Virus record (IMG/VR): IMGVR_UViG_3300032288_004022
Span: 1-64,000 of that record
Origin: a virus
Length of the DNA: 64,000 bases
Direction: 5' to 3' (one strand)
Within the stretch, counting starts at the first letter, position 1. Each line of letters opens with the position of its first letter. The translations under genes were made by a program, and so were the position numbers. Shown here in pieces: positions 9,832-20,356 of this stretch. Below the pieces are notes generated by a model, which ran no database searches, was not told where the DNA came from, and saw only the letters and a program-made list of their open reading frames with translations.

Positions 9832-12800
9832 ATGGCTCTAACATCACCTGGCGTAGAAGTAACAGTAATTGACGAAAGTCAATACGTACCTTCAGCTGTC
9901 AACACAGTACCTTACTTTTTGGTTGCCACGGCACAAAACAAAGTATCCAGTGACGGTATCACTGTGGCAGCAGGTACTCTGGCTGCCAATGCAAACAAAA
10001 CTTATTTGATTACCAGTCAGCGCGACTTGGCTGCTACTTTTGGTGTGCCATTCTTCTATAACACCACAACTGGTACTCCTATCAATGGATATGAACTCAA
10101 CGAATACGGTTTGCTGGCAGCGTACAGCGCTCTTGGTGTTACTAACCGCTGCTATGTACAGCGTGCAGACATTGATTTGACTGCGCTCACAGCTAGTTTG
10201 ACACGCCCCCTGGGAACACCTCCCAACGGCTCTTATTGGGTGGATTCAGGACTGTCAACCTGGGGTCTTTTTGAGTGGAATGCAACCACTGCAAGTTTTG
10301 AACTGCAAACTCCAATTGTGATTACTGATGCAACTGATGTGGTCAATGCTGACGATACTGATCAAATTGCTGGTTGTACACCATTGGAAACCATTGGTAG
10401 CATTGGTGATTATGCTGTGACCATTGTGAACGAACATGCTTTTGTGTACTACAAAAAGTACGACAATACTTGGAACCAAGTTGGCAGCGATGGTTGGAAA
10501 ACTTCATGGCCATCAGTGTCTGGTACCAATGCTGTAGTTGGTGCAGGATTGACCGTTGGTGCAAACATGATCATCAATGGCACAACTGTAACAGTGGGTG
10601 CTACAAACACCGTGGCAGGATTTGCTACTGCAATTAACAATGCTACCATCACTGGGGTCACAGCCAGAGCAGTAAACAATCGCTTGTACATTTATGCTAA
10701 CAGTACCGCAGGCACAGACGGCTCTACATTGAACAGCGACGGTTTTATTGAAATTGTTGCTGGTCCTAACTTGGGCACTGCACTGTTGACTACACTGGGT
10801 ATTTCTGCAAGTCAATATCCTGCACCACAGTATTTCCCGGGGTACAGCTATCAACAACCCAAGTGGATTTCTGGTGCCAATATTGACCCATTGAATGCTA
10901 GACCCACAGGTTCTATATGGCAAAACATGAGTACTGCCAACAATGGTTTGAACATTTCAGTCAAAAAATACAGTGCTGCATTGGGAGCATGGGTCACACA
11001 AACTTGCCCAGCTTATGTGGGCGATTCAACTGCAATTTACGGTCTTGACCCCACCGGCGGCGGCAAGAATATTCCTGTAGGCACGCTGTATGTTTCATAC
11101 ACTTCGTTCAACTGGGAAACCACCATCAGCACAGCAGCCTTTACTATTTTTGAACGATATGCATTTGGCCCAACTGTAATTGCCGGTACAACCACTCCAA
11201 CAGGAAATGCATTTGGGGTAGGCGACGAGTTTACCATGAACTCTACACAACCTGGCACTGCCAGCAACATCTTTGCCACAGTGACCATAGGTGGAACTGG
11301 ATCAGTGGCCGACTTTATTACTGCTGTATCGGCAGCTGGAAATCCTTATGTCACCGCCAGCGTAAACAGCGCCGGTAACATTGTGTTCACACACAGCGCA
11401 GGCGGCAGTATATTCCTTGAGGATCTAACTGGAGACGCAGTGGCCACAGCTGGTTTTGCTATTGGTGCACCAGATCAAGTTGGTCATGCTCAAACTGGTG
11501 ACTCGTTAAGACTCAGTAACTTTGTGTCAACACCACTGTTTACCTACACAGCCAGCAACACTGCACCTGATTCAGATCCTGCAGACGGTCGTTTGTGGTA
11601 TTACAGTGCGGTCGATCAGGCTGATATCATGATTCAAGATGATGGAAATTGGAAAGGTTATCAAAACGTTGTCAGCGATGTGCGCGGCTACGATTTGACC
11701 TTGACCAATGCGACCGGCCCAATTATTTCGGCCACAGCGCCCACCACACAAACTGATTTGGCAGAATCACCACTGCAATTTGGTGACTTGTGGATTGACA
11801 CAAGTGATTTAGAAAATTATCCCAAGCTGTATCGCTGGCAACCACTTGGCAACTTGGATCAGTGGGTTGAAATTGATACTTCAGATCAAACCACTCAAAA
11901 CGGTATCTTGTTTGCTGATGCTCGTTGGGCCACAAACGGCACAACCGACCCAGTCGCTGATCCCTTGCCAAGCATTGTGAGTTTGTTAACCAGCAATTAT
12001 CTTGACCCTGACGCCCCCAACCCAGCCCTGTACCCACAAGGCACACTGCTGTTTAACACACGTCGTTCAGGATACAATGTGAAGTCTTTCCAAACCAATT
12101 ACTTCACAAGTTCTGCTACAGACTACAGCATTGACACTTGGTCGTCTGGTTTAACATACGCAGTCAACGACTTTGTTACCTATGATTTTGGTATCTATGT
12201 GTGTGTACAGGCCACCACAGCCGGTATAGCACCAACCAATACTGCTTATTGGGATCTAATCAATCTCAATACATGGCTCAGCGCCAGCGGCAATAGAGCC
12301 AACGGAGCAATGTGGTCAGGCCGCCTGGCCCAACGTCAAATCATTGTGCAGGCACTGAAGTCAGGACTTGACACCAGTGTGACAGCACGCGAAGAGCAGA
12401 CACAATACAACATTATTGCTACACCTGCTTATCCAGAGTTGACACCAAACATGATTGCACTCAGCAACGAGCGCAACAACACATTGTTTGTTGTGGGCGA
12501 TACACCAATGCGTTTGGGACCAGATGGTACCAGCCTGGTGGCGTTTGCCACAAACAACAATGGATTGGGCCAACCCAACGAAGATGGCAACATCCTGACC
12601 AGCAATTATTGCGGCGTGTTCTATCCAAGTTGCACCACAACAGATCTAAGCGGCAACACAGTTGTACAACCCCCAAGCCACATGATGGTTCGCACAATCC
12701 TGCGCAGCGATGCTGCAAGCTATCCATGGTTGGCACCAGCTGGTACACGTCGTGGTGTTGTGGACAACGCAACAGCAATTGGTTATATTGATGCAGCCAC

Positions 12801-13263
12801 AGGCGAATTCAATCAGATTGGTGTGAGCCAAGCTGTGCGTGACATTCTGTATGAGCGCAATATCAACCCAATTACGTTTATTCCTGGAATTGGTATCACC
12901 AACTTCGGTAACAAGACTAGTACCACAACAACCTCGGCCCTGGATCGCATCAACGTGGCACGACTGGTTGCGTTCTTGCGTGGTCGCCTGGAAGAAATTG
13001 GCAAACAATATCTGTTTGAACCCAATGATACAATTACACGTAATCAGATCACCAATAGTGTAAACAGTTTGATGATTGACTTGGTGGCCAAGCGAGCCTT
13101 GTACGATTACCTAGTTGTTTGTGACTTGAGCAACAACACTCCTGCACGTATTGACCGCAATGAATTGTGGGTAGACATTGCAATTGAACCAGTGAAAGCA
13201 GTGGAATTCATCTACATTCCGTTGCGTATCAAGAATACTGGAGCTATTGCTGCCGGACAATAA
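9832..13263 (+). CDS. Tail sheath protein (gp18-like), enlarged
   Basis: LTSPGVEVTVIDES start; PWLAPAGTRRG, RINVARL, FEPND, EPVKAVEFIYIP; TAAATA 9802 and AAAGGA SD. Confidence 0.95.
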   Translation: MALTSPGVEVTVIDESQYVPSAVNTVPYFLVATAQNKVSSDGITVAAGTLAANANKTYLITSQRDLAATFGVPFFYNTTTGTPINGYELNEYGLLAAYSALGVTNRCYVQRADIDLTALTASLTRPLGTPPNGSYWVDSGLSTWGLFEWNATTASFELQTPIVITDATDVVNADDTDQIAGCTPLETIGSIGDYAVTIVNEHAFVYYKKYDNTWNQVGSDGWKTSWPSVSGTNAVVGAGLTVGANMIINGTTVTVGATNTVAGFATAINNATITGVTARAVNNRLYIYANSTAGTDGSTLNSDGFIEIVAGPNLGTALLTTLGISASQYPAPQYFPGYSYQQPKWISGANIDPLNARPTGSIWQNMSTANNGLNISVKKYSAALGAWVTQTCPAYVGDSTAIYGLDPTGGGKNIPVGTLYVSYTSFNWETTISTAAFTIFERYAFGPTVIAGTTTPTGNAFGVGDEFTMNSTQPGTASNIFATVTIGGTGSVADFITAVSAAGNPYVTASVNSAGNIVFTHSAGGSIFLEDLTGDAVATAGFAIGAPDQVGHAQTGDSLRLSNFVSTPLFTYTASNTAPDSDPADGRLWYYSAVDQADIMIQDDGNWKGYQNVVSDVRGYDLTLTNATGPIISATAPTTQTDLAESPLQFGDLWIDTSDLENYPKLYRWQPLGNLDQWVEIDTSDQTTQNGILFADARWATNGTTDPVADPLPSIVSLLTSNYLDPDAPNPALYPQGTLLFNTRRSGYNVKSFQTNYFTSSATDYSIDTWSSGLTYAVNDFVTYDFGIYVCVQATTAGIAPTNTAYWDLINLNTWLSASGNRANGAMWSGRLAQRQIIVQALKSGLDTSVTAREEQTQYNIIATPAYPELTPNMIALSNERNNTLFVVGDTPMRLGPDGTSLVAFATNNNGLGQPNEDGNILTSNYCGVFYPSCTTTDLSGNTVVQPPSHMMVRTILRSDAASYPWLAPAGTRRGVVDNATAIGYIDAATGEFNQIGVSQAVRDILYERNINPITFIPGIGITNFGNKTSTTTTSALDRINVARLVAFLRGRLEEIGKQYLFEPNDTITRNQITNSVNSLMIDLVAKRALYDYLVVCDLSNNTPARIDRNELWVDIAIEPVKAVEFIYIPLRIKNTGAIAAGQ

Positions 13264-13270
13264 CGAACAA

Positions 13271-13292
13271 GGGGGCCGATTTTTCGGTCTCC
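13271..13292 (+). terminator. Stem-loop between sheath and tube genes
   Basis: GGGGGCCGA-TTTT-TCGGTCTCC; no U tail, so may be a stabiliser or processing site; TAAATA at 13301. Confidence 0.45.
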
Positions 13293-13327
13293 AGTTCAGG
13301 TAAATAAACATATAGGAGAAAAGACAA

Positions 13328-13978
13328 ATGGCAAGCGCATCACTAAACAGAATGACAGTACCCTTAGCAAGCGATCAATCCGCTAGTGCTCAGGGCCTGT
13401 TGATGCCCAAACTCAAATATAGATTTAGAGTTTTGTTTGAAAATTTTGGAGTAAGTAACACCACAACAGAATTAACCAAACAAGTTGTCAGCGTGGCTAG
13501 ACCAAATCTAACATTTGAAGAAATCGCATTACCAATTTACAACTCAACATTGAAACTGGCTGGACGTCACACATGGGCAGACATTGCTTGCTCAGTTCGT
13601 GATGATGCCTCAGGCAGCGTGATGACTCTAGTTGGCGAACAATTACAGAAGCAATTGGACTTCTTGGAACAAGCCAGTGCCGCAGCTGGTATTGACTACA
13701 AGTTTCTGACCACCATTCAAATTCTTGACGGCGGCAACGGCGCAGACACTCCTACTGTGCTTGAGCAGTGGGAATTGTATGGTTGCTACCTCAAAGGTGC
13801 TGACTATGGTGAATTGAATTATGGCACCAACGAAGGTGTCACAATCAACATGACCATTGCTTATGATAATGCTGCACAAACCAGGACTTCAGTTAACGAG
13901 GGTGGTGTTGGTAGCATTGCCAGCGGACTCGGACGCACAGTTGGTGGCGCAGTAACAGGTGTTGGCACAGGCGCCTAA
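13328..13978 (+). CDS. Tail tube protein (gp19-like)
   Basis: PKLKYRFRV...RPNLTFEEI...AGRHTW...WELYGC...YDNA; follows the sheath gene. Confidence 0.85.
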   Translation: MASASLNRMTVPLASDQSASAQGLLMPKLKYRFRVLFENFGVSNTTTELTKQVVSVARPNLTFEEIALPIYNSTLKLAGRHTWADIACSVRDDASGSVMTLVGEQLQKQLDFLEQASAAAGIDYKFLTTIQILDGGNGADTPTVLEQWELYGCYLKGADYGELNYGTNEGVTINMTIAYDNAAQTRTSVNEGGVGSIASGLGRTVGGAVTGVGTGA

Positions 13979-13988
13979 GGGCTAGGCA

Positions 13989-15122
13989 ATGCCAACATTT
14001 GGTCAGCAATTCTGGCAAGGATTTACTAACGTCAATGCTTTGCGTGACTACACTCACGCAAGCAAAGTCTTTACCCCAAACTCATTTGAACTAAAACCCA
14101 GATACAAGTTTCTCTTTCATGTGAGTTTTACAATCAACAATGAAATTCCAGGGTTGAGTGGGTATCTAGCTGCCAACAATCAAACACAATTGAGCTACGT
14201 GGTCAAGACTGTGGACTTGCCCAAGTTTACCATCAACAACGAAACTCTAAATCAATACAATCGCAAACGTGTGGTTCAAACCAAGATCAACTATGATCCT
14301 GTAGTATTGACATTTCACGATGACGGTGGCGACAATGTGCGTAAAATGTGGTATGCCTACTACAATTACTACTACAAGGATGCCGCACAACAATATCTGC
14401 AACCCAGTCCCACCAACGGCAGTCTTGGTGAAAGTGCCAACAAAGTCACTGGATTTGGTTACAATGCCAAGGACATCTACAGCAATCAACGCATAGGCGA
14501 TGTCAACGACTGGGGCTACATCGGCGAATCCTACAATGATGGCACCAGCAGTGCATCAGGCAAACCTCCGTTTTTCCGAGACATTCAAATCACCGGGTTT
14601 GACCAACACAAGACAGCTACCTATGTGTTGATCAACCCCTTGATCACCAACTGGAGTCATGATCAGTATTCCTATTCAGAAGGCTCGGGCATAATGCAAA
14701 ACACCATGACCATTGCCTACGAAACTGTGAAGTACTATGCAGGTGCAGTGGGTCAACCAAGACCAGATCAAAACGTCAGAGGCTTTGCTGATCCAAGTCA
14801 CTATGATCAAACCCTGAGTCCAATTTCAAGACCTGGCAGTCGTGCCAACTTCATGGGACAAGGTGGCTTGCTGGATGCAGCCGGAGGTATCATAGAAGAT
14901 TTGACCGCTGGTGGGCCAATGGGTCTGATCGGTGCTGCGCAAAAAGCCGGCACAGCCTACAATACTTTCAAGGGCAAAAATTTAAAGAGCATTGCTGTGA
15001 ACGAAGCAGTGTCTCTGGGCAATCAAGTAATCAAAGGTGCCGTGCCTGCGGCCATGCGCCAAGTTCCAGGTCGCGCCAGTGGTATGTATTATCCCACCCC
15101 ACAGAACCCCCCAACTAACTAA
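13989..15122 (+). CDS. Tube-fold baseplate/tube initiator (gp19/gp48/gp54-like)
   Basis: VKTVDLPKF...NQYNRKR...YDPV.LTFHDD...MTIAYE. Confidence 0.65.
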   Translation: MPTFGQQFWQGFTNVNALRDYTHASKVFTPNSFELKPRYKFLFHVSFTINNEIPGLSGYLAANNQTQLSYVVKTVDLPKFTINNETLNQYNRKRVVQTKINYDPVVLTFHDDGGDNVRKMWYAYYNYYYKDAAQQYLQPSPTNGSLGESANKVTGFGYNAKDIYSNQRIGDVNDWGYIGESYNDGTSSASGKPPFFRDIQITGFDQHKTATYVLINPLITNWSHDQYSYSEGSGIMQNTMTIAYETVKYYAGAVGQPRPDQNVRGFADPSHYDQTLSPISRPGSRANFMGQGGLLDAAGGIIEDLTAGGPMGLIGAAQKAGTAYNTFKGKNLKSIAVNEAVSLGNQVIKGAVPAAMRQVPGRASGMYYPTPQNPPTN

Positions 15123-15128
15123 TTGATT

Positions 15129-15491
15129 ATGAGCAGTATAAATTACACCAACTACAACATTGATCAAACAGTTCGGGTTTTTGACACGTTCTATGACTAC
15201 GACGTTGACATTCCTGTGGGCGACTATGACGTAGTCAACAGCTATTTCAAGTCAGTGATGACCACAAAACAAGCCGCTGACAACTTCACGGTGAGCCTGT
15301 TCAAGGTTGCGCAAGACACAAAAATACCACCCTTGGAATTGCTCAAAGTGTTTCAAGCCAGTGGTGAACAACTGGACTTGAACATCAACATGGCCTATTA
15401 TCTCAACAGCATTAGAAGCCGCGCTACACTGTTGGGCGTGGGCATTCCTGTTGTGCCAAACTTTTATCCGGCTAGAAACGTTGTGCAATAA
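15129..15491 (+). CDS. Hypothetical virion-module protein
   Basis: ORF packed between structural genes; TAATG overlap with the next gene. Confidence 0.6.
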   Translation: MSSINYTNYNIDQTVRVFDTFYDYDVDIPVGDYDVVNSYFKSVMTTKQAADNFTVSLFKVAQDTKIPPLELLKVFQASGEQLDLNINMAYYLNSIRSRATLLGVGIPVVPNFYPARNVVQ

Positions 15492-15922
15492 TGGCCAAGT
15501 GGGCACAGGGCACATACACCGTGGTCAATCGCGCCAAGTATGTGGGCAAGGGAGACCCAAGATATCGGTCGGGCTGGGAGTTCAGTTTCATGAAGTTCTG
15601 CGACAGCAACGACAATGTGTTGCAGTGGGCCAGTGAAGCTGTACAGATACCCTACAGACATCCATTAACTGGCAAGCAAACAATATACGTGCCAGATTTT
15701 TTGATAACTTATCGCACCAGAAACAACCAGGTGCGAGCTGAATTGATCGAAATCAAACCCAAAAAACAAAGTGTAGTGGAAAGCAAAATGAGCAGTCGAG
15801 ACCGTGCTGTGGTTGCTATCAATTACGCCAAGTGGGACGCAGCAACCCGGTGGTGCAAACGCCAAGGCCTGATGTTCAGAGTAATCACCGAACAAGACAT
15901 GTTTCACAACGGTCGAGCATGA
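15491..15922 (+). CDS. Head completion nuclease (T4 gp4-like, TnsA fold)
   Basis: KYVG...YRSGWE...WASE...YVPDF...IEIKPKKQ...NYAKW. Confidence 0.9.
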   Translation: MAKWAQGTYTVVNRAKYVGKGDPRYRSGWEFSFMKFCDSNDNVLQWASEAVQIPYRHPLTGKQTIYVPDFLITYRTRNNQVRAELIEIKPKKQSVVESKMSSRDRAVVAINYAKWDAATRWCKRQGLMFRVITEQDMFHNGRA

Positions 15923-15937
15923 GCCACTAAATATGGC

Positions 15938-16444
15938 ATGACCAAAAAATTAGAAGAGCTTTTCGATCTTCCCATCACTGCTGAACAAGTAGATTCCAGC
16001 ATACCCGCGCTACCCACCAACAGACAAACCCTGCAAGCCATTGACGAGGCCATTGACAAAGTTGATGGCGCATTGCCTGCTGTGCGTGGTCTTGAAGCGT
16101 CAGACACAGAAATGGACGAATTAAGCGATCTAGCAAAAAACAGTTACCGAGATCTCATGGACCTGGGCATGCAAGTCGACAGCAGATTTGCCAGTGAAAT
16201 TTTTAGTGTGGCCAGTAATATGTTGGGCCATGCCATCACAGCTAAAACAGCCAAACTGGACAAGAAACTCAAAATGATCGATCTGCAAATGAAGAAAATG
16301 CGCCTGGATCAACAACAACAAGCACTAGATGCCAAGGATCCCGATGCCGCAATAGCAGCAGAGACAGCACACGGAGTGGTGTTGAGTCGCAATGACTTGC
16401 TGGAACGCATTATTGGTAAAAGCCAAAACACGCAAAAAGAATAA
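15938..16444 (+). CDS. Probable terminase small subunit (gp16-like)
   Basis: Helical DLMDLGM...RFASEIFSVA...AKLDKKLKMIDLQ and C-terminal SRNDLL resemble T4-like TerS. Confidence 0.5.
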   Translation: MTKKLEELFDLPITAEQVDSSIPALPTNRQTLQAIDEAIDKVDGALPAVRGLEASDTEMDELSDLAKNSYRDLMDLGMQVDSRFASEIFSVASNMLGHAITAKTAKLDKKLKMIDLQMKKMRLDQQQQALDAKDPDAAIAAETAHGVVLSRNDLLERIIGKSQNTQKE

Positions 16445-16465
16445 ATAGTTAACAGGATATCAAAC

Positions 16466-17071
16466 ATGAAACCATTTGCAAAATACCTAGCCGAAAGCGA
16501 ACGTACATACAACTATCGTATCAAAGTAGTTGGCGATGTGCCTGAGGGCTTTTTCAAGGAACTCAAGGAAAAGTGTGCGCAATTTGACGTTGTCAAAATG
16601 AGTGACCCCAAGAGCACCCCGGTGCGCAAAGTGATCCCGGACTTCCCAGCATTTCCCAATCAGCCCATGAAGATTGTGGATGTGGAATTCAAGTATCCGG
16701 CCATTGAGCCACAAATCAAACAACTGGCACAGTTGTTGAAACTGGATCCAAATCGCATTGTGATGATGGCCACACCATATGAAGAAAGTCTTGATATTGA
16801 AAACAACAAGATTGAAGATGAGAACAAAGACTTGTTGGACTCACCTTATCCTGCGCCAGACGCTCAACAAAAAGCCTTGAGCAAAGACTATGCTACCGGT
16901 CCTTATGATCATGCTGTGCTGAAGAACGCATATCGTACCAATTTCACCATTGCAGGAGAGAAAACACCTCCTGCCAAGACCACAAACGAATTGCCACAGG
17001 GCGACACAAGCCCCATGACCAACGTCAAGCGTCCACCCAAGCCAGCTACTGGCCGTAACCCAAGAGGATAA
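16466..17071 (+). CDS. Probable head-internal protein
   Basis: Late promoter at 16442; N-terminus MKPFAKYLAE resembles a capsid-targeting peptide. Confidence 0.55.
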   Translation: MKPFAKYLAESERTYNYRIKVVGDVPEGFFKELKEKCAQFDVVKMSDPKSTPVRKVIPDFPAFPNQPMKIVDVEFKYPAIEPQIKQLAQLLKLDPNRIVMMATPYEESLDIENNKIEDENKDLLDSPYPAPDAQQKALSKDYATGPYDHAVLKNAYRTNFTIAGEKTPPAKTTNELPQGDTSPMTNVKRPPKPATGRNPRG

Positions 17072-17076
17072 TTCAA

Positions 17077-20000
17077 ATGACATTTTTTTACGACTTAAAC
17101 AAAAAGCTGGACAGTATTCGCGAGAAGCCAGAGACCACACACAAGCAGTTGAATGAGCGTGACGAAGGCAAGCCAGGCAAGAACTTTGCCAAGATTGCCA
17201 ATGATGCAGGCGAGCGTTATGGCAGCAAGGCCGCCGGCGAACGTGTGGCTGGTGCAGTACGCAACAAACTCAAGGCTCAAGGCAAGTTAGAAGAAGGCGA
17301 CATGGACGAATCAGCATTCCAAGCTGCTATTGGCAAAAAGAAATACGGCGCTGACGGTATGAAAGCGTTGCAAAAGGCCGGACGTGAAGGTGCCAGCAAG
17401 GCAACCATGGCTCGTATTCGTGACAAGCATGATCAGTATGACGAAGGCATTGAAGATCGAATTGGCGATCTAGATATGACCAACCCAGTTAATCAACCAG
17501 CATATCAACGCAAAGCCGCTGCTCAAGGCGGAAACAAAGTCAGCAAACCACCAATTATTGGAAACAGACGCGAAGGTTATCCTCGAATGTCAGGTGGCGG
17601 GGAAGTAGCCCCAATGCCAAAGAGCAGGGAAGGTTATCCTCGATTCTCTGGCGGCGGTGGCTACACTGGCAAAGGAGTCAAAGAAGAAGATTCTGCCGTA
17701 ATGACTCCTAAGCAAAAATCATTCGCTAAACTTGCACCTCCTGTAGACAAGATCACTTTTGCTGACAAAATTGCCGGCGCCAAAAAAGAAGTTGACGAAA
17801 TGCTGGGCGACGTTGCTGCTGAAGCAATGAAGTCAGCGCTGAAAGGCGGTCAGAAGAAGCTTGACAAAAACGACAACGGCCGACTAGACGCCAATGATTT
17901 TGCTATGTTGCGTGCTGGCAAAAAGCACTCAGTGAAAGAAGACGACAGCAGCATCAGAGACGATTTGGCGCATGAAATTCAAATGATTTTGGATAGTGCA
18001 TTAGGTGGTCTAGACCAAACAGATCATATCATTGATGAGTTGGGAGACATACAACAAGCTGTTGAACAGTCAGGCGATTCAGTAGCTATGCAAGCCCTTC
18101 AGATCATGAGTAGTGGAATTGATGAAGGCGCGAAAAAACAAATCAGGCTTGCTCGCAAAGCATTGAGTCTGCTCAAGGGCAAGCAAGAAACCGACGAAGG
18201 TTGGGACGACATGCTCAAAGCTGGTGAGGAGCGTAGACACTCAGGCATGAAGCCTGGTGAAAAAACTCAAGGCCACAAAGGCGAAATTGAAAGAACAGCC
18301 ACTGGCATCCGTCACACACGTCGTTACGATCCCAAGACAGGCGAAACTGATGCTGGAGATGATGTTCCAGCTCAGGGCGAAAAGCGCGGCCGTGGACGAC
18401 CAAAAGGCAGCAAAGCAGCCATTGGCGCCAAAGGCCCCAGCGGTAAGAGCAAGTTAATGACTCGCGAAAGCAGTCAACAAGAGTTGGATGAAGCCATTGC
18501 CAGGCTAGAAGCTGCTGGCTACACTGTTGAGAAAGCACCCCCAGGTGCCAAGGCAGAACGCATGGTAAAACACATCAAGGCAGGATATGCTGATGATGGC
18601 AAAATTACAGATCGTGAAAGAGGCATTGCCTATGCCACTGCTTGGAAAGCCAAGAAAGCCGGCAAGGTTGAAGAAGAAAGCGACGAACAGCGTGACGAAA
18701 AAGCTGAAAAAGCTGGACGCCGTGTAGCCAAAGACATCGAGTACGATGAAAAAGTCAAAGACAAAATCCATGGCAAAAAGCGTGGCAGCGAAGATGACAC
18801 AGCTGAAAAAGCCGGCAAGAAAGTCACCAAAGACATCGAGTACGACGAAAAGAAAAAGAAAGTCAAAGAACAAGGCGGCGCAGAAACCCCCACGGCGTCA
18901 AGTGGCTTCAGCTTTGGCAAAGGCATTTATGACTCAATGAATCGTGAACTAGAAAGCATGATTGCTGAGAGCATGAACATTAGCATGAACATGAACACAG
19001 ATGCCAATGGTGGCCCGAGCCGGAGCCTGACAGTTACAGCCACCGATGACGATGCATTGAAACTGGGCGCATTGTTGAAAAACGCAGGCCTAGGCGGACA
19101 TGACATGGGCGGTGCTGCAGAAGTAGAAGTACACGGTGCAGAAGACATTGCTGATCGAATTCGTCAAGCCTTGGGCAGCGAGCATGGCTCAGAAGAAGTG
19201 TGCGCAGATTGCGGACATGCTGACTGTGAATGCGATCATGAAGAGATGAGCGAAGCCTACGGCGACACAGCCGTGGATGAAAACAACCCTGACTTCCCTT
19301 CCAATACCGAGTACAACACCGATGCATTGCAATATGCAGGCGGCCTAAACAAGCCCAAGACTGATGTTGCTGGTGACGGTCAAACAACCATCCCCAACAC
19401 AGCAGTACACACTCAATCTGAGGACGACTTGCGTCGCTTGCGCGAGATGGCTGGTGTGAATCGCAGCAACAGACTTGACGAAGGTCTCATTAATAAACTT
19501 AAAGATTTTCTGGTGCCAAAACTAATGAAGTTGTTGGGTCCAGACGCAGAAAGTGTTGCTAATGCAGTTAGACAAGCCACCGGTGGCGATCTTACTCCCA
19601 GCAAAGAAAATGCCATGAAGGTAGTACAAGCCCTGGGGATCAACAAAGCAGCCGGCCAAGATCAATCACAAATGGCCGAAGGCATTGCTGGTAACTGGCA
19701 AGGTAAACTGATTCAATCCTTGTACACATTGGGTCTACTTGGTTCAGCAGGTGCTGCAATGTCCCTGGGTGGCACAGTAGGCGGCAATTTTGCGGGTGTT
19801 ATAGGCATATTGCTGTTGATGTTTGCTAACACATTCTTTGGCGAAGCACCTGGACAAGTTGGAGCTATGGGTAAGTTTGGTAACAAAGGAACCAGTGCCC
19901 CACAAGGCTTAGACATTCACGGCATGCCTGTTAGAAACATGAACGTGGACGAAAGCGATGATCTTGCTCGCATGATGGAAATGGCCGGCGTCAAGAAAAA

Positions 20001-20184
20001 AGCTGTTGATGAAGAAAAAACTGACGAAGGCAACAAGTTAACTGGCGGCCTAGCTGATGACGATATCAAAGTTGGTGAAAAGATTCCAGGTACCAATGTT
20101 ATTAAGAAAAAAGACATTGACGAAGGCATTCTTGCTTCTACTGCCAATCTCTGGAAAGAATACAAAGGCCAATACGGAGTTTAA
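17077..20184 (+). CDS. Large charged modular protein, probable prohead-core/internal polyprotein
   Basis: 1035 aa, K/E-rich, modules separated by hydrophobic-x-E sites; EF-hand-like DKNDNGRLDANDF; internal duplications; one hydrophobic hairpin. Confidence 0.6.
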   Translation: MTFFYDLNKKLDSIREKPETTHKQLNERDEGKPGKNFAKIANDAGERYGSKAAGERVAGAVRNKLKAQGKLEEGDMDESAFQAAIGKKKYGADGMKALQKAGREGASKATMARIRDKHDQYDEGIEDRIGDLDMTNPVNQPAYQRKAAAQGGNKVSKPPIIGNRREGYPRMSGGGEVAPMPKSREGYPRFSGGGGYTGKGVKEEDSAVMTPKQKSFAKLAPPVDKITFADKIAGAKKEVDEMLGDVAAEAMKSALKGGQKKLDKNDNGRLDANDFAMLRAGKKHSVKEDDSSIRDDLAHEIQMILDSALGGLDQTDHIIDELGDIQQAVEQSGDSVAMQALQIMSSGIDEGAKKQIRLARKALSLLKGKQETDEGWDDMLKAGEERRHSGMKPGEKTQGHKGEIERTATGIRHTRRYDPKTGETDAGDDVPAQGEKRGRGRPKGSKAAIGAKGPSGKSKLMTRESSQQELDEAIARLEAAGYTVEKAPPGAKAERMVKHIKAGYADDGKITDRERGIAYATAWKAKKAGKVEEESDEQRDEKAEKAGRRVAKDIEYDEKVKDKIHGKKRGSEDDTAEKAGKKVTKDIEYDEKKKKVKEQGGAETPTASSGFSFGKGIYDSMNRELESMIAESMNISMNMNTDANGGPSRSLTVTATDDDALKLGALLKNAGLGGHDMGGAAEVEVHGAEDIADRIRQALGSEHGSEEVCADCGHADCECDHEEMSEAYGDTAVDENNPDFPSNTEYNTDALQYAGGLNKPKTDVAGDGQTTIPNTAVHTQSEDDLRRLREMAGVNRSNRLDEGLINKLKDFLVPKLMKLLGPDAESVANAVRQATGGDLTPSKENAMKVVQALGINKAAGQDQSQMAEGIAGNWQGKLIQSLYTLGLLGSAGAAMSLGGTVGGNFAGVIGILLLMFANTFFGEAPGQVGAMGKFGNKGTSAPQGLDIHGMPVRNMNVDESDDLARMMEMAGVKKKAVDEEKTDEGNKLTGGLADDDIKVGEKIPGTNVIKKKDIDEGILASTANLWKEYKGQYGV

Positions 20185-20185
20185 T

Positions 20186-20356
20186 ATGAGCTATCAACCT
20201 TACAATACTCCACTAACAACACCACCTGTGCAAAATCCGCACAGCCCTGCCACCAACGGATACAAACAGCAACCTGTTGATATCCCTGGGGTACTACATC
20301 AATCACGCCAACTGTATCAACCTGTGGTGAGTGAAACGCCCAAGGAGAGCAAGTAA
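20186..20356 (+). CDS. Small Pro-rich hypothetical protein (56 aa)
   Basis: ATG 20186 after GGAG; fills the gap; TAATG overlap with the next gene. Confidence 0.55.
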   Translation: MSYQPYNTPLTTPPVQNPHSPATNGYKQQPVDIPGVLHQSRQLYQPVVSETPKESK

